Below are positions 38,607 through 50,122 of a stretch of 64,000 bases of DNA, piece after piece; the stretch's first letter is position 1; every line of letters begins with the position of its first letter. Both the position numbers and the translations under genes were made by a program. The DNA is taken from positions 24,174,581 through 24,238,580 of the forward strand of contig NC_068987.1 of the NCBI RefSeq assembly GCF_001194135.2, given 5' to 3'. Under the pieces are notes generated by a model. That model worked only from the letters and a program-made list of their open reading frames with translations, was not told where the DNA came from and searched no databases. Source of the stretch: Octopus bimaculoides (Eukaryota).

Positions 38607-39495
38607 CAGTGGTTCTCAACTATTTTGTTACGTATGGAACCCTTTGATGGCACTGTCATGGTATTAGCTGTCAGAAGTGAAAGTAGAACTGACAAGGAAC
38701 GTTACTGCTGGTTTGAGTTGATTCTTTGGCTACTGACTAGCCGGAGCTATCTATCTGTCTATCTCACTATCTATCTATCTCTCTATATCTATCTATCTAT
38801 CTATCACTCGTTCACCTCTGTGTCCGTAGAATTTATCAAATTAGAAAACGCAAATTTAATATAAAAATATATTTTCTGAAATTGCAAATTATTTAAAATA
38901 TAAAAATATAATTTTCAACAGAGAGAATTTATCAAAATAGAAAACAAATGAAGTTTGAAGTTTAAAAATAATAGGATCGACCACTCACGACTAGCTAGCG
39001 CGGACGCGCGACTGCGCGTTTTCAAACGCATGGATATAGGTGTCGAATTTGTTCCAATAACTTTCGAGTGATAGATAGAGACAGACAGACAGACAGACAG
39101 ACAGATAGCTCGCTCCGGCCAGTCATGGTATTAGCTGTCAGTAGCCAAAGAATCAACTCAAACCAGCAGTAACGTTCCTTGTCAGATTTTTCTACTTTCA
39201 CTTCTGACAACTAATACCATGACAGTGCCCCCTTTGATTACTACTTCAGTCTGGTGGACCCCGTAGCCATTCGGTGTTTAAAAACTAGTTTTATAGATAC
39301 TTTTTTTCAAAATAACTATTTTGTTTTCCACACGCTCACTTGTGTAGGTTGAACTATGTAAAACATTCGAGAAAGAAATCTAGCTGTTTCCTCCAATAAA
39401 TACAGCTAAAACAATTTTTTTCGTGTAACTTTAACATTCTACTGTGGGTTCCCAATTTGCTATTTTGTTGTGTGAACCCCAGTTGAGAATAACTG
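38607..39495. mobile_element. hAT (Charlie-like) MITE hosting a nested Merlin-like MITE
   Basis: CAGTGGTTCTCAACT...AGTTGAGAATAACTG imperfect 15-bp TIRs. No intact TSD seen. Confidence 0.6.
38649..39229. mobile_element. 581-bp Merlin-like MITE with long TIRs
   Basis: GGCACTG...CAGTGCC termini, arms over 100 bp running into (ATCT)/(GACA) microsatellites, and a perfect 8-bp TSD CCTTTGAT (38641-38648 and 39230-39237). Confidence 0.85.
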
Positions 39496-40834
39496 TTCTA
39501 ACCCCAGTCTAAAAGGTTTCCAGAAACAACATTTTAGTTAACATTGTTTATACCTTCCCCTAATCTTCAGAGGATACGAAGGGATGTTCCCTTTGTCTTC
39601 ATATGTTTTTTAATCCTAGACACCTAAACCGGGATATAACCCGTTCCCCGATATGGCAACTTCATTAAATCCTTTAACTACATTACTTTGTACATTCGTG
39701 GCGATTATTTCTTAAACTAATGCAATAAGACACACAAAACCCGATACGATGAAAATAATAGGCGATTTTTTTAATGCTAACTACCACCATCATTGGTATG
39801 CTAAATCCCTTTATATTTCTACTTTCTTCATCACTAAGAAGTTTCTATCTGTCCACTGGAGAAGATAACAAATTTGGAAGATTCAACAATATTTTTGATA
39901 AAATGTAGAAACTGATGCTCCTCTGTAGAGAGGCATCAGTTCCCATATGTCATATGTGCACACTGACATTGCATATCCAGCGGAGCATGCTTGCTTCATT
40001 TCTTTCACGCTTTCACATAGAGAATAGTAATTTTAAACAAGATACTGTTACAAGGCAGAGAAGATACTTTATTCTTGCTACAGACAACTTCTTATGCCTT
40101 TTAGAACCAGTCATCAAAGCCAAATGCATAACAAAGATGGACAATTTTGTCTGCTCTTGTGTGTACCAGACCCTTTAAACTCTTTGCTAGCATGGAAAGA
40201 TGTAAAACAAGGATGATGATGTAGTGGTTGTTTGCTTGATGGTCGATTCAAGACTATACTTTTTAATTATTTTTTCCTGTTATTTAAATATCTTTAATAT
40301 CTTTTACTGTCTCTATATTTCAGAGTATCTAGTGACATTGATATAAGAATTGTTTGCCTAGAATACAGCAAGTAATTTGTGAAGAATCTTAGAAGACTAA
40401 AGAATGGTGTTGTGAAGATGAGATGTGACTACATATAACCTTGATCAAATTGCTGTGAAGTCAATATAAGGAGTTTTTACCCGAGACTTTTTTCACAAAG
40501 CTACAAAACTTCATTAATTTATGTGTAATGCTTTTGATGTATGGATATATATTTGGAGCTTATTTGGATCAGCTGTTATTTATTTCAAGTTATGCAATTG
40601 AGCCTTTGATATCTGTCAAAATAGCTTTTTTAATGTAACTGTTAGCTTTAAGAAACTACCATGAAAGAGTTATTTTTGTTTTGCTATACAAACTTTGTTA
40701 AATGTTTCTATTTCATTTAAGAAGAAATAGCTTCAATATTTCACTGGGAAATTCTATGGAATTTGTTTCTTTTTTTTTTTTAGACATTGCAAAATAAGAA
40801 TTATCATTGTATTTTTAGTACATTGGAACAAATA

Positions 40835-42031
40835 ATGGAAGAGAGATTGTGTGAGGGTCAGGATTATGGAGAGACACTGCTTGAAACTAGTGATTTATCT
40901 CATCAGATACAAGTAGATACAGAAAAGTCATACACCTATAACACCTTTGGAGAGACTTTCATCAAAAGTAGTGACATCATTGAACATAAATTACATCACA
41001 CAATTTCAAAACTCTACCTTTGTGATGTTTGTGGGAAAAGATTCACTACAAACAGTTCTTTATCTTTACATAAACGTACTCATACAGGTGAGAAACCATA
41101 CAATTGTAATATTTGTGGTAAAACGTTCTCTTATAGTGGTATTCTAACATGCCATAAACGAATTCATACAGGTGAGAAACCATACCATTGTGACAAGTGT
41201 GGAAAAACATTTGCTCGGAATGATCATTTAACCATTCACAAACGCGTTCATGCTGATGAGAAACCATACCATTGTGATATCTGTGGAAAAACATTTTCTC
41301 ATGATAGTCACTTAACTATTCACAAGCATGTACACACTAGTGAAAAACCATACAATTGTGATATTTGTGGTAAAACATTTCCTTACAGGGGTAAATTGAC
41401 AAGCCACAAACGTATCCACAGTGGTGAGAAACCATACCATTGTGATACTTGTGGTAAAACATTTTCACACAATGGTGACTTGACTGTTCACAAACGAGTT
41501 CACACAGGTGAAAAACCATACCATTGTGATGTCTGTGATGAAACGTTTTATCGGAGTAGTAAGTTAACTGTTCACAAACGTGTTCACACAGGAGAAAAAC
41601 CATATCACTGTGATATCTGTGGTAAAACATTCTCTGACAATAGAGATTTAACTCGTCATATCCGTATTCACACAGGGGAAAAACCATACCACTGTGATAT
41701 TTGTGGTAAAACATTCTCTCAGAATGGTAGCTTAAATATTCATCAACGTGTTCACACAGGTGAGAAACCGTACCACTGTGATATCTGTGATAAAACATTC
41801 TCCCATAACGGTAGTTTAACTGTTCACAAACGAATACACACCGGAGAGAAACCATATAGCTGTTATATCTGCAGTAAAACATTCTCTGATAATCGAGATT
41901 TAACTCGTCATATCCGCATTCACACAGGTGAAAAACCATACAACTGTAATATTTGTGGTAAAACATTCTCTCAGAATAGTAATTTAACTATTCACAAACG
42001 TGCTTGTGTAAATGACAAATCACATCACTGA
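40835..42031 (+). CDS. Poly-C2H2 zinc finger protein Z5 (398 aa, 12 fingers, last one C2HC)
   Basis: ATG at 40835 (MEERLCE). TGEKPY-linked fingers, ending HKRAC. Confidence 0.93.
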   Translation: MEERLCEGQDYGETLLETSDLSHQIQVDTEKSYTYNTFGETFIKSSDIIEHKLHHTISKLYLCDVCGKRFTTNSSLSLHKRTHTGEKPYNCNICGKTFSYSGILTCHKRIHTGEKPYHCDKCGKTFARNDHLTIHKRVHADEKPYHCDICGKTFSHDSHLTIHKHVHTSEKPYNCDICGKTFPYRGKLTSHKRIHSGEKPYHCDTCGKTFSHNGDLTVHKRVHTGEKPYHCDVCDETFYRSSKLTVHKRVHTGEKPYHCDICGKTFSDNRDLTRHIRIHTGEKPYHCDICGKTFSQNGSLNIHQRVHTGEKPYHCDICDKTFSHNGSLTVHKRIHTGEKPYSCYICSKTFSDNRDLTRHIRIHTGEKPYNCNICGKTFSQNSNLTIHKRACVNDKSHH

Positions 42032-45000
42032 GATATTTTGGGGTAAAACAGCCATGTGTGAAACTCCATCACTCTTTAATCTCTTTACAAACATTGTTAC
42101 AAAATGATGGACTTTTGTGTTGATTTCAACATATGAGCATCCAGTTGTTTGATCAACTGGATAACCTACTCATTGAAATGGTGCACAAAGAGACTGAATA
42201 TTCCCATGCCTGCATCCATTACAAAATAATCCTCAATGAGTGCACATTAGGATTATTGTTGGAGAATATTCACTTAGGTATTTTTTATAAACTTTTGTTG
42301 TAAAATATTTTTGGATAAGGCTGTGATTATCTACAACTTATATGTCTATAATAATGAGTTAATAATGTTAACATGCTGTATGTTTATTGTTGTTTACTAT
42401 TAATATAATTTAATTGATAATTATTTTATTTATTGTAATCTAAGTGTTTTCTTGTTACTGTTCTCCTTTTTTGTTCCTTCAACTTTGCTGTAACCCATTT
42501 AAAAAAAATTATATATAATAAATAATGACAACAAATTAAATTGAAGTTGTTGGAGTTGATTAAATGAGGTGAGTTTTGTAGATACAGTTTCCTGGATACA
42601 CTTCCCTGGGTATGTATATTCCATGCACATTACTACTCTGAGTTTCGAAAGAAAGCCTTCTAGTTTCAATCTAGCCCATAACTGGTCAAAACTTATTCTA
42701 ATGACCACATCATCTGTGGATACTCAAGAGGCTAGCACTGCTCACTTATTAGATGAAGTATGTTTTACATATATGAATGTAAAATGATTTTTAGGGTTGA
42801 TGTCATTATTAGAGGACATCTCAAAGCATGTTAAATCAATGTACAGGAGTCTTCACCAAAATCTTCAACATGCTTTTCATATAATTATTATTACATGCAT
42901 CAAACTAGGGACTGTTGTCACAGTACTTTAGTAATTACTTGTAATTGTTCAACTCTCATTGTGATCATTACAAAGCATCATTGCTTATTGTGTTATATTG
43001 GCAAAGATATCCTAGATTATTGACTGGGGAGTATCACCAATTAGAATGGAGTTTTTACTTGCTCTTATAGCAAATGATGGTCTGTGTGCCTCGTTCCATG
43101 AATTGAGAATATTAATTGGTTTACGAATACTTGGAATTTGATATTTTTGATATCATCCTGATTACTTTATACACCTTTATGCTGACTGATCTGAATGTTG
43201 CATTATTGATGTTTTTATTAACAAACAGACCTCATTATTCATCCACAATCTTGTTGGAAAATATGTGGGTACCTGTTGGAACTTCAGTTCCACCTATTTC
43301 TCCAGGGCAATTGAAGTTATGAAAATGTTAGAAAGAATTGATGAGATAGTCTTTCAAAAGATTGTTCAACAGCATCTTCAGAAAAAATGTAAATTAACAA
43401 ACCAAATTTCTGGTGTATCATGCTGCTGTTCCAACCTTGCTTATGGAAATGGTTTTTCTCAATCTTTAGGAATAGCTGAAATCAACAGCATTGAAATCAC
43501 CATCAACAAAAATCAGTTTACATAGACAGGTTATGTACACTAAATGAGCAACAGCAGGCCTCCCCATTAAATCTTTTACAGTAAACTCAGCACCAGCAAA
43601 AGACCTTGCAAGTGCCCTCTGTGATGTTATATAAAGATTAACTCAAACTATGAAGAAGACTAACATCCACTTCAAAACTGAGGAAGTACAAGTAGCAGAT
43701 TACAAATTCTGACATCAAATTATCTCAACTGCTACAGAACTGTTTGAAGAACATCATCACAGAAATAAAGGTGGAAAATCTGTCAATCCCAATCATGTCT
43801 TATTTTGCCTGCAAAGTGCAGCTTATATGAATGCCTGTTTCATCAAGAGATTGGTTTTCTCACTCAGCAAAAGTAACAGCACAACAAATAAGAAAGGAAA
43901 AGCAGAAATAAAATTTCTGAAACAAAGATAGCTGCCAATGACAATGACTCACATCATAATATATAGGTTTTGTATCAGGCTACCATATTTCTACTCTTAC
44001 TCCTTTTGTAGTGCCACTCATCACCTCAACCCATTACTTTCTTCTCAAACTCACATTTCACATTGGCCATGTTGTCACTTTTGTTCATCATTTACTACAT
44101 TCACTTCTAACTCAATCTCTAAACATCCGTCACTCTCCTCTCACATGCTTTCAAACTTATATACCCACCCTTCCCAATCCTCTGACCCTATTCTCTCTTC
44201 TAATCACTTTCTTGTACCCTCTTTATCTCTCTCTCCAGCTACTCCCACACAACCTTATATAATGTTGGGTAGCCCTGTATCTCCTCTGCAGCAAGACACC
44301 TATTCATGTCCCTCTGTCATACTTTAACCTAGGCATGGAAGTGAATAGTCCATGTCTTGTTGGGAATGTGCATGCTGAAATGTTTGGATGAGATGTTAGA
44401 TAAATGAACTTTTACACACATGCATATGCAAATGCATACATATACACACATACAAGTGGAGGAACTAACAAACCATTGCACTCAACACATTAAGTTAGAG
44501 TTGTGTTTCATAACTGATAAGATGTTGGTGTCAGCAATCTGTTAGATTTGACAGTTAACACATGACAAAATAAATGTTTTTTGGGTGTCAGATTACATAT
44601 CAATTTGTGTGTTGACCATGACTGTATGATACAAATATAGCTGGTATTAGTAGGTCACAGTGATAGCATACTGAAGAGGAAATAATCTTGCTGCAGGCAA
44701 AAAGAGATACTATACCCTGAAATTGTGCATGGGCCAGTTGGCACTAGGGTGGGGTTTTCAGATTATCTGTGTCCTACAGTTTCAAGTTCATTAACAGGGT
44801 ATATCTTTGGAGACAACAATAGGACAGATCATTTTTCCTGCTGATACATATTCAGGTTGTTGCAGATTATAGTTTCACACAGAGATGGCCACTGTGAACA
44901 TTGGGTAAGGAGGGCCTCAGTCAAGGGTACTCCATGTGATGTTTGGGAAGTTATTTCCAAGGTTTCAGAGTCTCCAGACAAATACATGACAGGGGGATGC

Positions 45001-46169
45001 AGTTTCCTGTATCCCTACTCCTGAAGAATTACATGTTTTGCATATATATATATGTGTGTGTATATATAATATATCAGTGGTATGCAAGTCATGCACACTG
45101 TAAGCCATAAATAAATTAAAAATATAAATTATCTCCAGCAACATTGAAAAGTTGTCAAAATCATTGGCGACTTCATTGCTGAAGCCCTTTCTGATCTCAT
45201 TTCTCACCCCATTAAAAATATGTTTGAAGGTTATGACATTTCAAAAATGCATGTAACATTCTCTCTTTGTCCTCCTCTCTCTTTCTCTTGATACTGCACT
45301 CTCTGCTGTCATCTTCATAACTGATGTCACTAAACAATCAACTGACCTGGTGTTTCATCATTTGACCTCAAGTGAAACATGTGGAAAAGCACCAAATTTA
45401 AAAATAGAAGCAGTTTAGTCTCTCACAAAGATATTTTAACTCCTCTGCAGAGTGGTCCTTTCCTACATAGAAAAGAATTAACATACCAAAAAAATACAAG
45501 AGAAATACTTTCAGGGTTGACTCTTATGTCAAATGAAAAAAAGTTTACTCCAACAACTAATTAAAATTGAATTAATTCATAAAGGAGTTTAATAAATAAT
45601 TGGGTGTTTTTTAACATCTTTTTAAAAATTTTATATGTACTAAACAGCAATCCTCATGGCCATATCATGAAATGGTTTGTCTTCTGTATTGATAAAAGCA
45701 AAATTCTGTCTGTCCATCTGAGACCCCTGTTTCTCAGTCTACATAGTCAGGAATCAGGATGATCCTGGTACTGAAAATCTGCCCTTCATTTAATTCTTGA
45801 ACATTCAGCATTAGGATCTGATTTCAAAGCAGTTGGGTTGCTATTTGTAGCAGGTAAAGTGACTACAAGAGGGTTCAGTGTTGTAGTATTACTAAGATAG
45901 GAGAACAAGAATTACCTTCCTTAGCTTAAAGTTTTACTAAGGAATTTAGCGGATCCTTTATCTTTTTCAGTCATAAAACTGTGACCATGTTGGGGCACTG
46001 CCTTGAAGAATTTTAATTGAACAAATTGACACCAGTTCTTTCTTTTTTATTGGCCTCTTTCACCGAACTGCTAAGTTATGTGAATGCAAACAGACCACCA
46101 GTTATTGACTGGTGGTGGGGAACAAACACAGACACAAAGCCACACACACATACATACATATACATTATA

Positions 46170-46173
46170 TATG

Positions 46174-46252
<79 letters not shown>
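46170..46252. repeat. (TA)n microsatellite
   Basis: Direct observation. Another (TA)n at about 48788-48880 spans a 10-N gap. Confidence 0.95.
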
Positions 46253-46255
<3 letters not shown>

Positions 46256-46660
46256 ATCATCATCATCATCGTTTAACGTCTGCTTTCCATGCTAGCATGG
46301 GTTGGACGATTTGACTGAGGACTGGTGAAACCAGATGGCTACACCAGGCTCCAATCTGATTTGGCAGAGTTTCTAATGCCAACCACTCTGAGAGTGTAGT
46401 GGGTGCTTTTACGTGCCACCAGCACGAAGGCCAGTCAGGCGGTACTGGCAACGGCCACGCTTGAAATGGTGTATTTTACATGCCACCTGCACAGGAGCCA
46501 GTCCAGCGGCACTGGCAATGATCTTGCTCAAATGTCTTTTCACGTTGGTAACGATCACGCTGGTGCTATGTACATGCCACCAGCATGGAAGCCAGACAGC
46601 TGCTCTGGCAACGACCACGCTCAGACGGTGCTCTTTGTGCTCCACTGGTACAGGTGCCAT
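46250..46660 (-). mobile_element. Young RTE-tailed SINE with internal tandem sub-repeats
   Basis: Near-identical to 20360-20652. Four imperfect TGG(C/T)AA(C/T)G..CACGCT sub-repeats at about 46445, 46513, 46547 and 46605. Confidence 0.8.
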
Positions 46661-46703
46661 CACGATATATATATATATATATATATCTTCTATAATAATA
46701 ACT

Positions 46704-46915
46704 ACTGAGTTTCTTAACTCTTTGAATCCTCTTGGAATGCCTTCTCACAAACTGACATTGAAGAAAGGATCTCCAATCATACTTTTGAGAAATCTGGATC
46801 TCTCAAAGCTGTGCAATAGAACATGACTAATTGTCAGGCAAATGCATCCACATCTTTTGGAAGCAACAATCCTCACTGAGCAAGGAAAGGGAGAAAATGT
46901 GTTAATACTCCTTAC
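46704..46915 (+). mobile_element. Helitron PIF1-like helicase C-terminal fragment (pseudogene)
   Basis: [43 protein letters not shown]...EATILT...GENVLI, a canonical Helitron helicase motif. Confidence 0.85.
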
Positions 46916-47369
46916 ATCAGAGTATTTAAAAAGTAACACATGTACACAAGTCTGTATGGTTAGAAAGAGAGATGCATATTGCCTCAGTTGGTGTGTATTG
47001 CCTTAGGCAAGACAATATGGTTTTAAATGATCACAATGTACCTCCACATTCAATATCCATGTTTTCATCTCCAACATTTCTTTTCATCCACTGATTTTAT
47101 TTACATCACATTAAGGCAATCTAATCAGCCAAATGTTTCACACTGGTTTAATTTAAACTCACATTGTAAAAGGACAACTATGCATTGCCTAACATTTTCA
47201 ATTCTGACTTTTATGTATATACAATATATTTAAGATACACTTAAATAGATACTTTCGGTGGCAGAGCTAACCTGTTGCCCAGTTTAACACCACATAGCCT
47301 TTGGTTGTTTTTAACAGAACCCATTCTGTTACAATCTTCAGTGTTTATAACCGCTGTGCATCTGCCACA

Positions 47370-48055
47370 CACAAAAACTATCTTCCTGGGTAACCTTCTT
47401 TGATATTGCTGCACCGTTTATGTGTCCATAACTTACACCAGGTACATCGTATGAAGTTTCTACCCATGCCTTTTCTACAGATTGAGCAGGACCATCTACC
47501 TGAAGAAGTTTGTGATTTGTCAGCGTTCCTAATTATTAATACTTTGGTTTTTGCTAAGTTAACCCTAAAGCCCTTCGATTCTAGACCTTGCTTCCACACC
47601 CTAGACTTCATTTTTAGTTCTGGTGGTGACTCAGCTATTAGAGCAAGATCATCAGCATAGAGGAGCTCCCAGGGGAAGCCTGTCTTAAATTCCTCTGTTA
47701 TTGCCTGGAGGACTATGATGAATAAGAGGGGGCTGAGGACTGGTCCTTAGTGAACCCCTACTTCTACCTGGAATTTTTCATTATAGTCATTACCAACCCT
47801 CATCTTACTGACAGTATCTGTGTACATGGCTTGTACAGCTCTTACCAACGACTCGTCTATCTAAAGTTTCTGCACTGACCACCAGATAAGGGATCGGGAG
47901 ACCCTGTCAAATGCTTTCTCCAAGTCAACAAAAGCCAAGTACAGAGGTTTATCTTTGGCTAGATATTTTTCCTGCAGTTGCCTTAACAGAAATATAGCAT
48001 CAGTGGGGCTTCTGCTTGGCACAAAACCAAACTGCATCTCATCTAGGCAAATGTT
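47370..48055 (-). mobile_element. RTE-type LINE RT fragment including a Cys/His-rich insert
   Basis: LAFVDLEKAFD at about 47900-47940. GFRVNLAKTKVL is followed by WSCSICRKGMGRNFIRCTWCKLWTHKRC. Confidence 0.88.
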
Positions 48056-48276
48056 ATGAACATTTCCCTTCCTCCTTTGAATAAATCATTATAAAAAGAC
48101 ATGAGATATTTAAAGTAGCAGAATTTATACCAATACAATTTTCTGTCTTCCTTCATGACTGGGGTAGATATTGACTGAGTTACCTAAACTCTGTCATTAT
48201 TTTTACTGCTTATCAATGTAATCTTGCCTTTAAGAAAGAACAATACATTTTTGTATATCGGATACAAGATACATTC

Positions 48277-48310
<34 letters not shown>

Positions 48311-48799
48311 ATATATATCAAGACACATGTGCTTGTCCCTGTATCATACGTTAACCTTCCAAACCTGGCATAAAGAAACTTTCTCCTCTCAAATACACTC
48401 CTACTCTGTCAAAGGGATTTTTCCTGTTCCTTTCTTTGCTTTGCAAGTTACTTGATGATCTCACTAATGCTAGTGTCACAGAAAAATAAAAGTACACACT
48501 ATAAAGTGGTTGGCATTAAAAAGGGTATCCAGCTGTAAAAACCATGCCATAACTGAAATTAGGGCCTGGCACAGCTCTGCAGCTTGTTGGATCCTGTCAA
48601 ACCATCCAACCCAAGCCAGCATGGATAACAGACATTAAATAATGATGATATATATACACACACACACACCAGAGATGGCAAACCTGATATGTGTGTCATT
48701 GCCAACATAAGTGAAGCTTTTAAGTGACATGTAAAGGGCTTTAAAAAAAATCATACTGCAGTATCATATAAAATGTGTTTCAATAAGCATTTACCTAAA

Positions 48800-48836
<37 letters not shown>

Positions 48837-48846
48837 NNNNNNNNNN

Positions 48847-48884
<38 letters not shown>

Positions 48885-49534
48885 AGCACTTAAGTTACAG
48901 GATTATCAAATCAATTCAACATATCAGACTTAAAAATGGTTCACTCTTACTGAAGCACATATAGATTCTTTGGATGGTACCTATGAATGAAAATTCCAAT
49001 ATTAATTTGTAGAATAAAAGTATTTAAGATGAATTATGAAGAGCTCTAAGTAGTAACCCTGTCAGTAAAATGTGTTTATTATCAGACTACAGGTTAAAAT
49101 TATTCTCTAATAAATGAGTAGCAAATTTAACAGACAATTACATTTGAATGTCAATAATTTAAAACAGAATTTTAAATATTTATATAATTCAGAACAAAGT
49201 TTACACAGACAAGTTGCAGTTTCTGTCTATCTGAAAAAGTAAAATTAACTAACGCAAGCAAAAGATCTGTGCTTGGATATTCTCAAAATTCCTTTCCAAG
49301 ATGTGTGAGAGGATGAAAAAAGACAGCTGTACAGAATCAAGAGTGCTAGATATTACGGCCATGTATTTTATAATTTCAACTCAAATAGTACAAATATGAC
49401 AACACAATAAAACAGTATAAATACTTCATTCATTTTCCCAAAATTTACTATAAATTCAAATGTAATTACATATCACAGATGTATCCAATAGTGGCTTGAT
49501 ATGATATTGTGAAATATTTCTCAATTTTAACAGG

Positions 49535-49720
49535 CATAAGCATAGATGTATGATTAATAAGTTTGCTTCCCAACCATATGGTTTCTTGATCAGACCCACA
49601 GAGCCACACCTTAGGCAAGTGTCTTCTCTTTTAACCCTGGGCCAAACAAAACCTTGTGAGGAGATCTGGTAGATGTAAAGTGAAAAATCCCATTATATAT
49701 ATGAGTGTGTGTGTGTGTCT
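49535..49720 (+). mobile_element. tRNA-derived SINE
   Basis: AAGTTTGCTTCCCAACCATATGG head, CTTAGGCAAGTGTCTTCT core and (GT)n tail. Confidence 0.7.
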
Positions 49721-50122
49721 GTATTTATTTACATCTGAACTTGCTTATTTGAAGGTCACATCATATCTGTAGTGTCCTGTAGGCATTTCTCCTGTCAACA
49801 GATTGCCCAATCATTTCTGCCAAAGTTATGTGGAATAACAGATCCATTACTTGAAAAACAAGTAAGGATTAGCATCAGGAAGAGTATCTAGCCATGAAAG
49901 AATGCCTCAGTAACATGTTTGTCTAACTCATGCTAGTAAGTAAAAAGGGGCATAAAACAGACAAATAAAATTGTTGTTTAAATGTATTGTTGACAAATTA
50001 CATCAGTATTTTGAGATTATATTTTGCCACAAATCTCAAACTTATTTGGTTTATTATTTTTGAACATGCATAGAACAAGTTGTATGAGCATTCTGAATCA
50101 GAGACACATCTATCCACAGAAG

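Noticed and set aside
41337-41966. Long antisense and alternative-frame ORFs over the finger arrays (also 21777-22148, 50708-51004 and others)
   Set aside because: These are expected shadows of the 84-nt repeat, where one stop-free unit is simply repeated. No independent evidence of coding.
42029-42050. A-to-I read-through of the Z5 TGA (or Z4 TAA) stop to extend the array
   Set aside because: The downstream frame is decayed and meets another stop within a few codons, so no finger would be restored.
42500-43900. Possible Cys-rich DNA-transposase relic (W.PV.T..PP, CK..SCCC)
   Set aside because: The motifs are too fragmentary to support without a profile search.
46084-46314. Low-complexity ORFs (YI, HT and CV repeats; also 60187-60453 and 9485-9883)
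   Set aside because: They are translations of microsatellites and SINEs.
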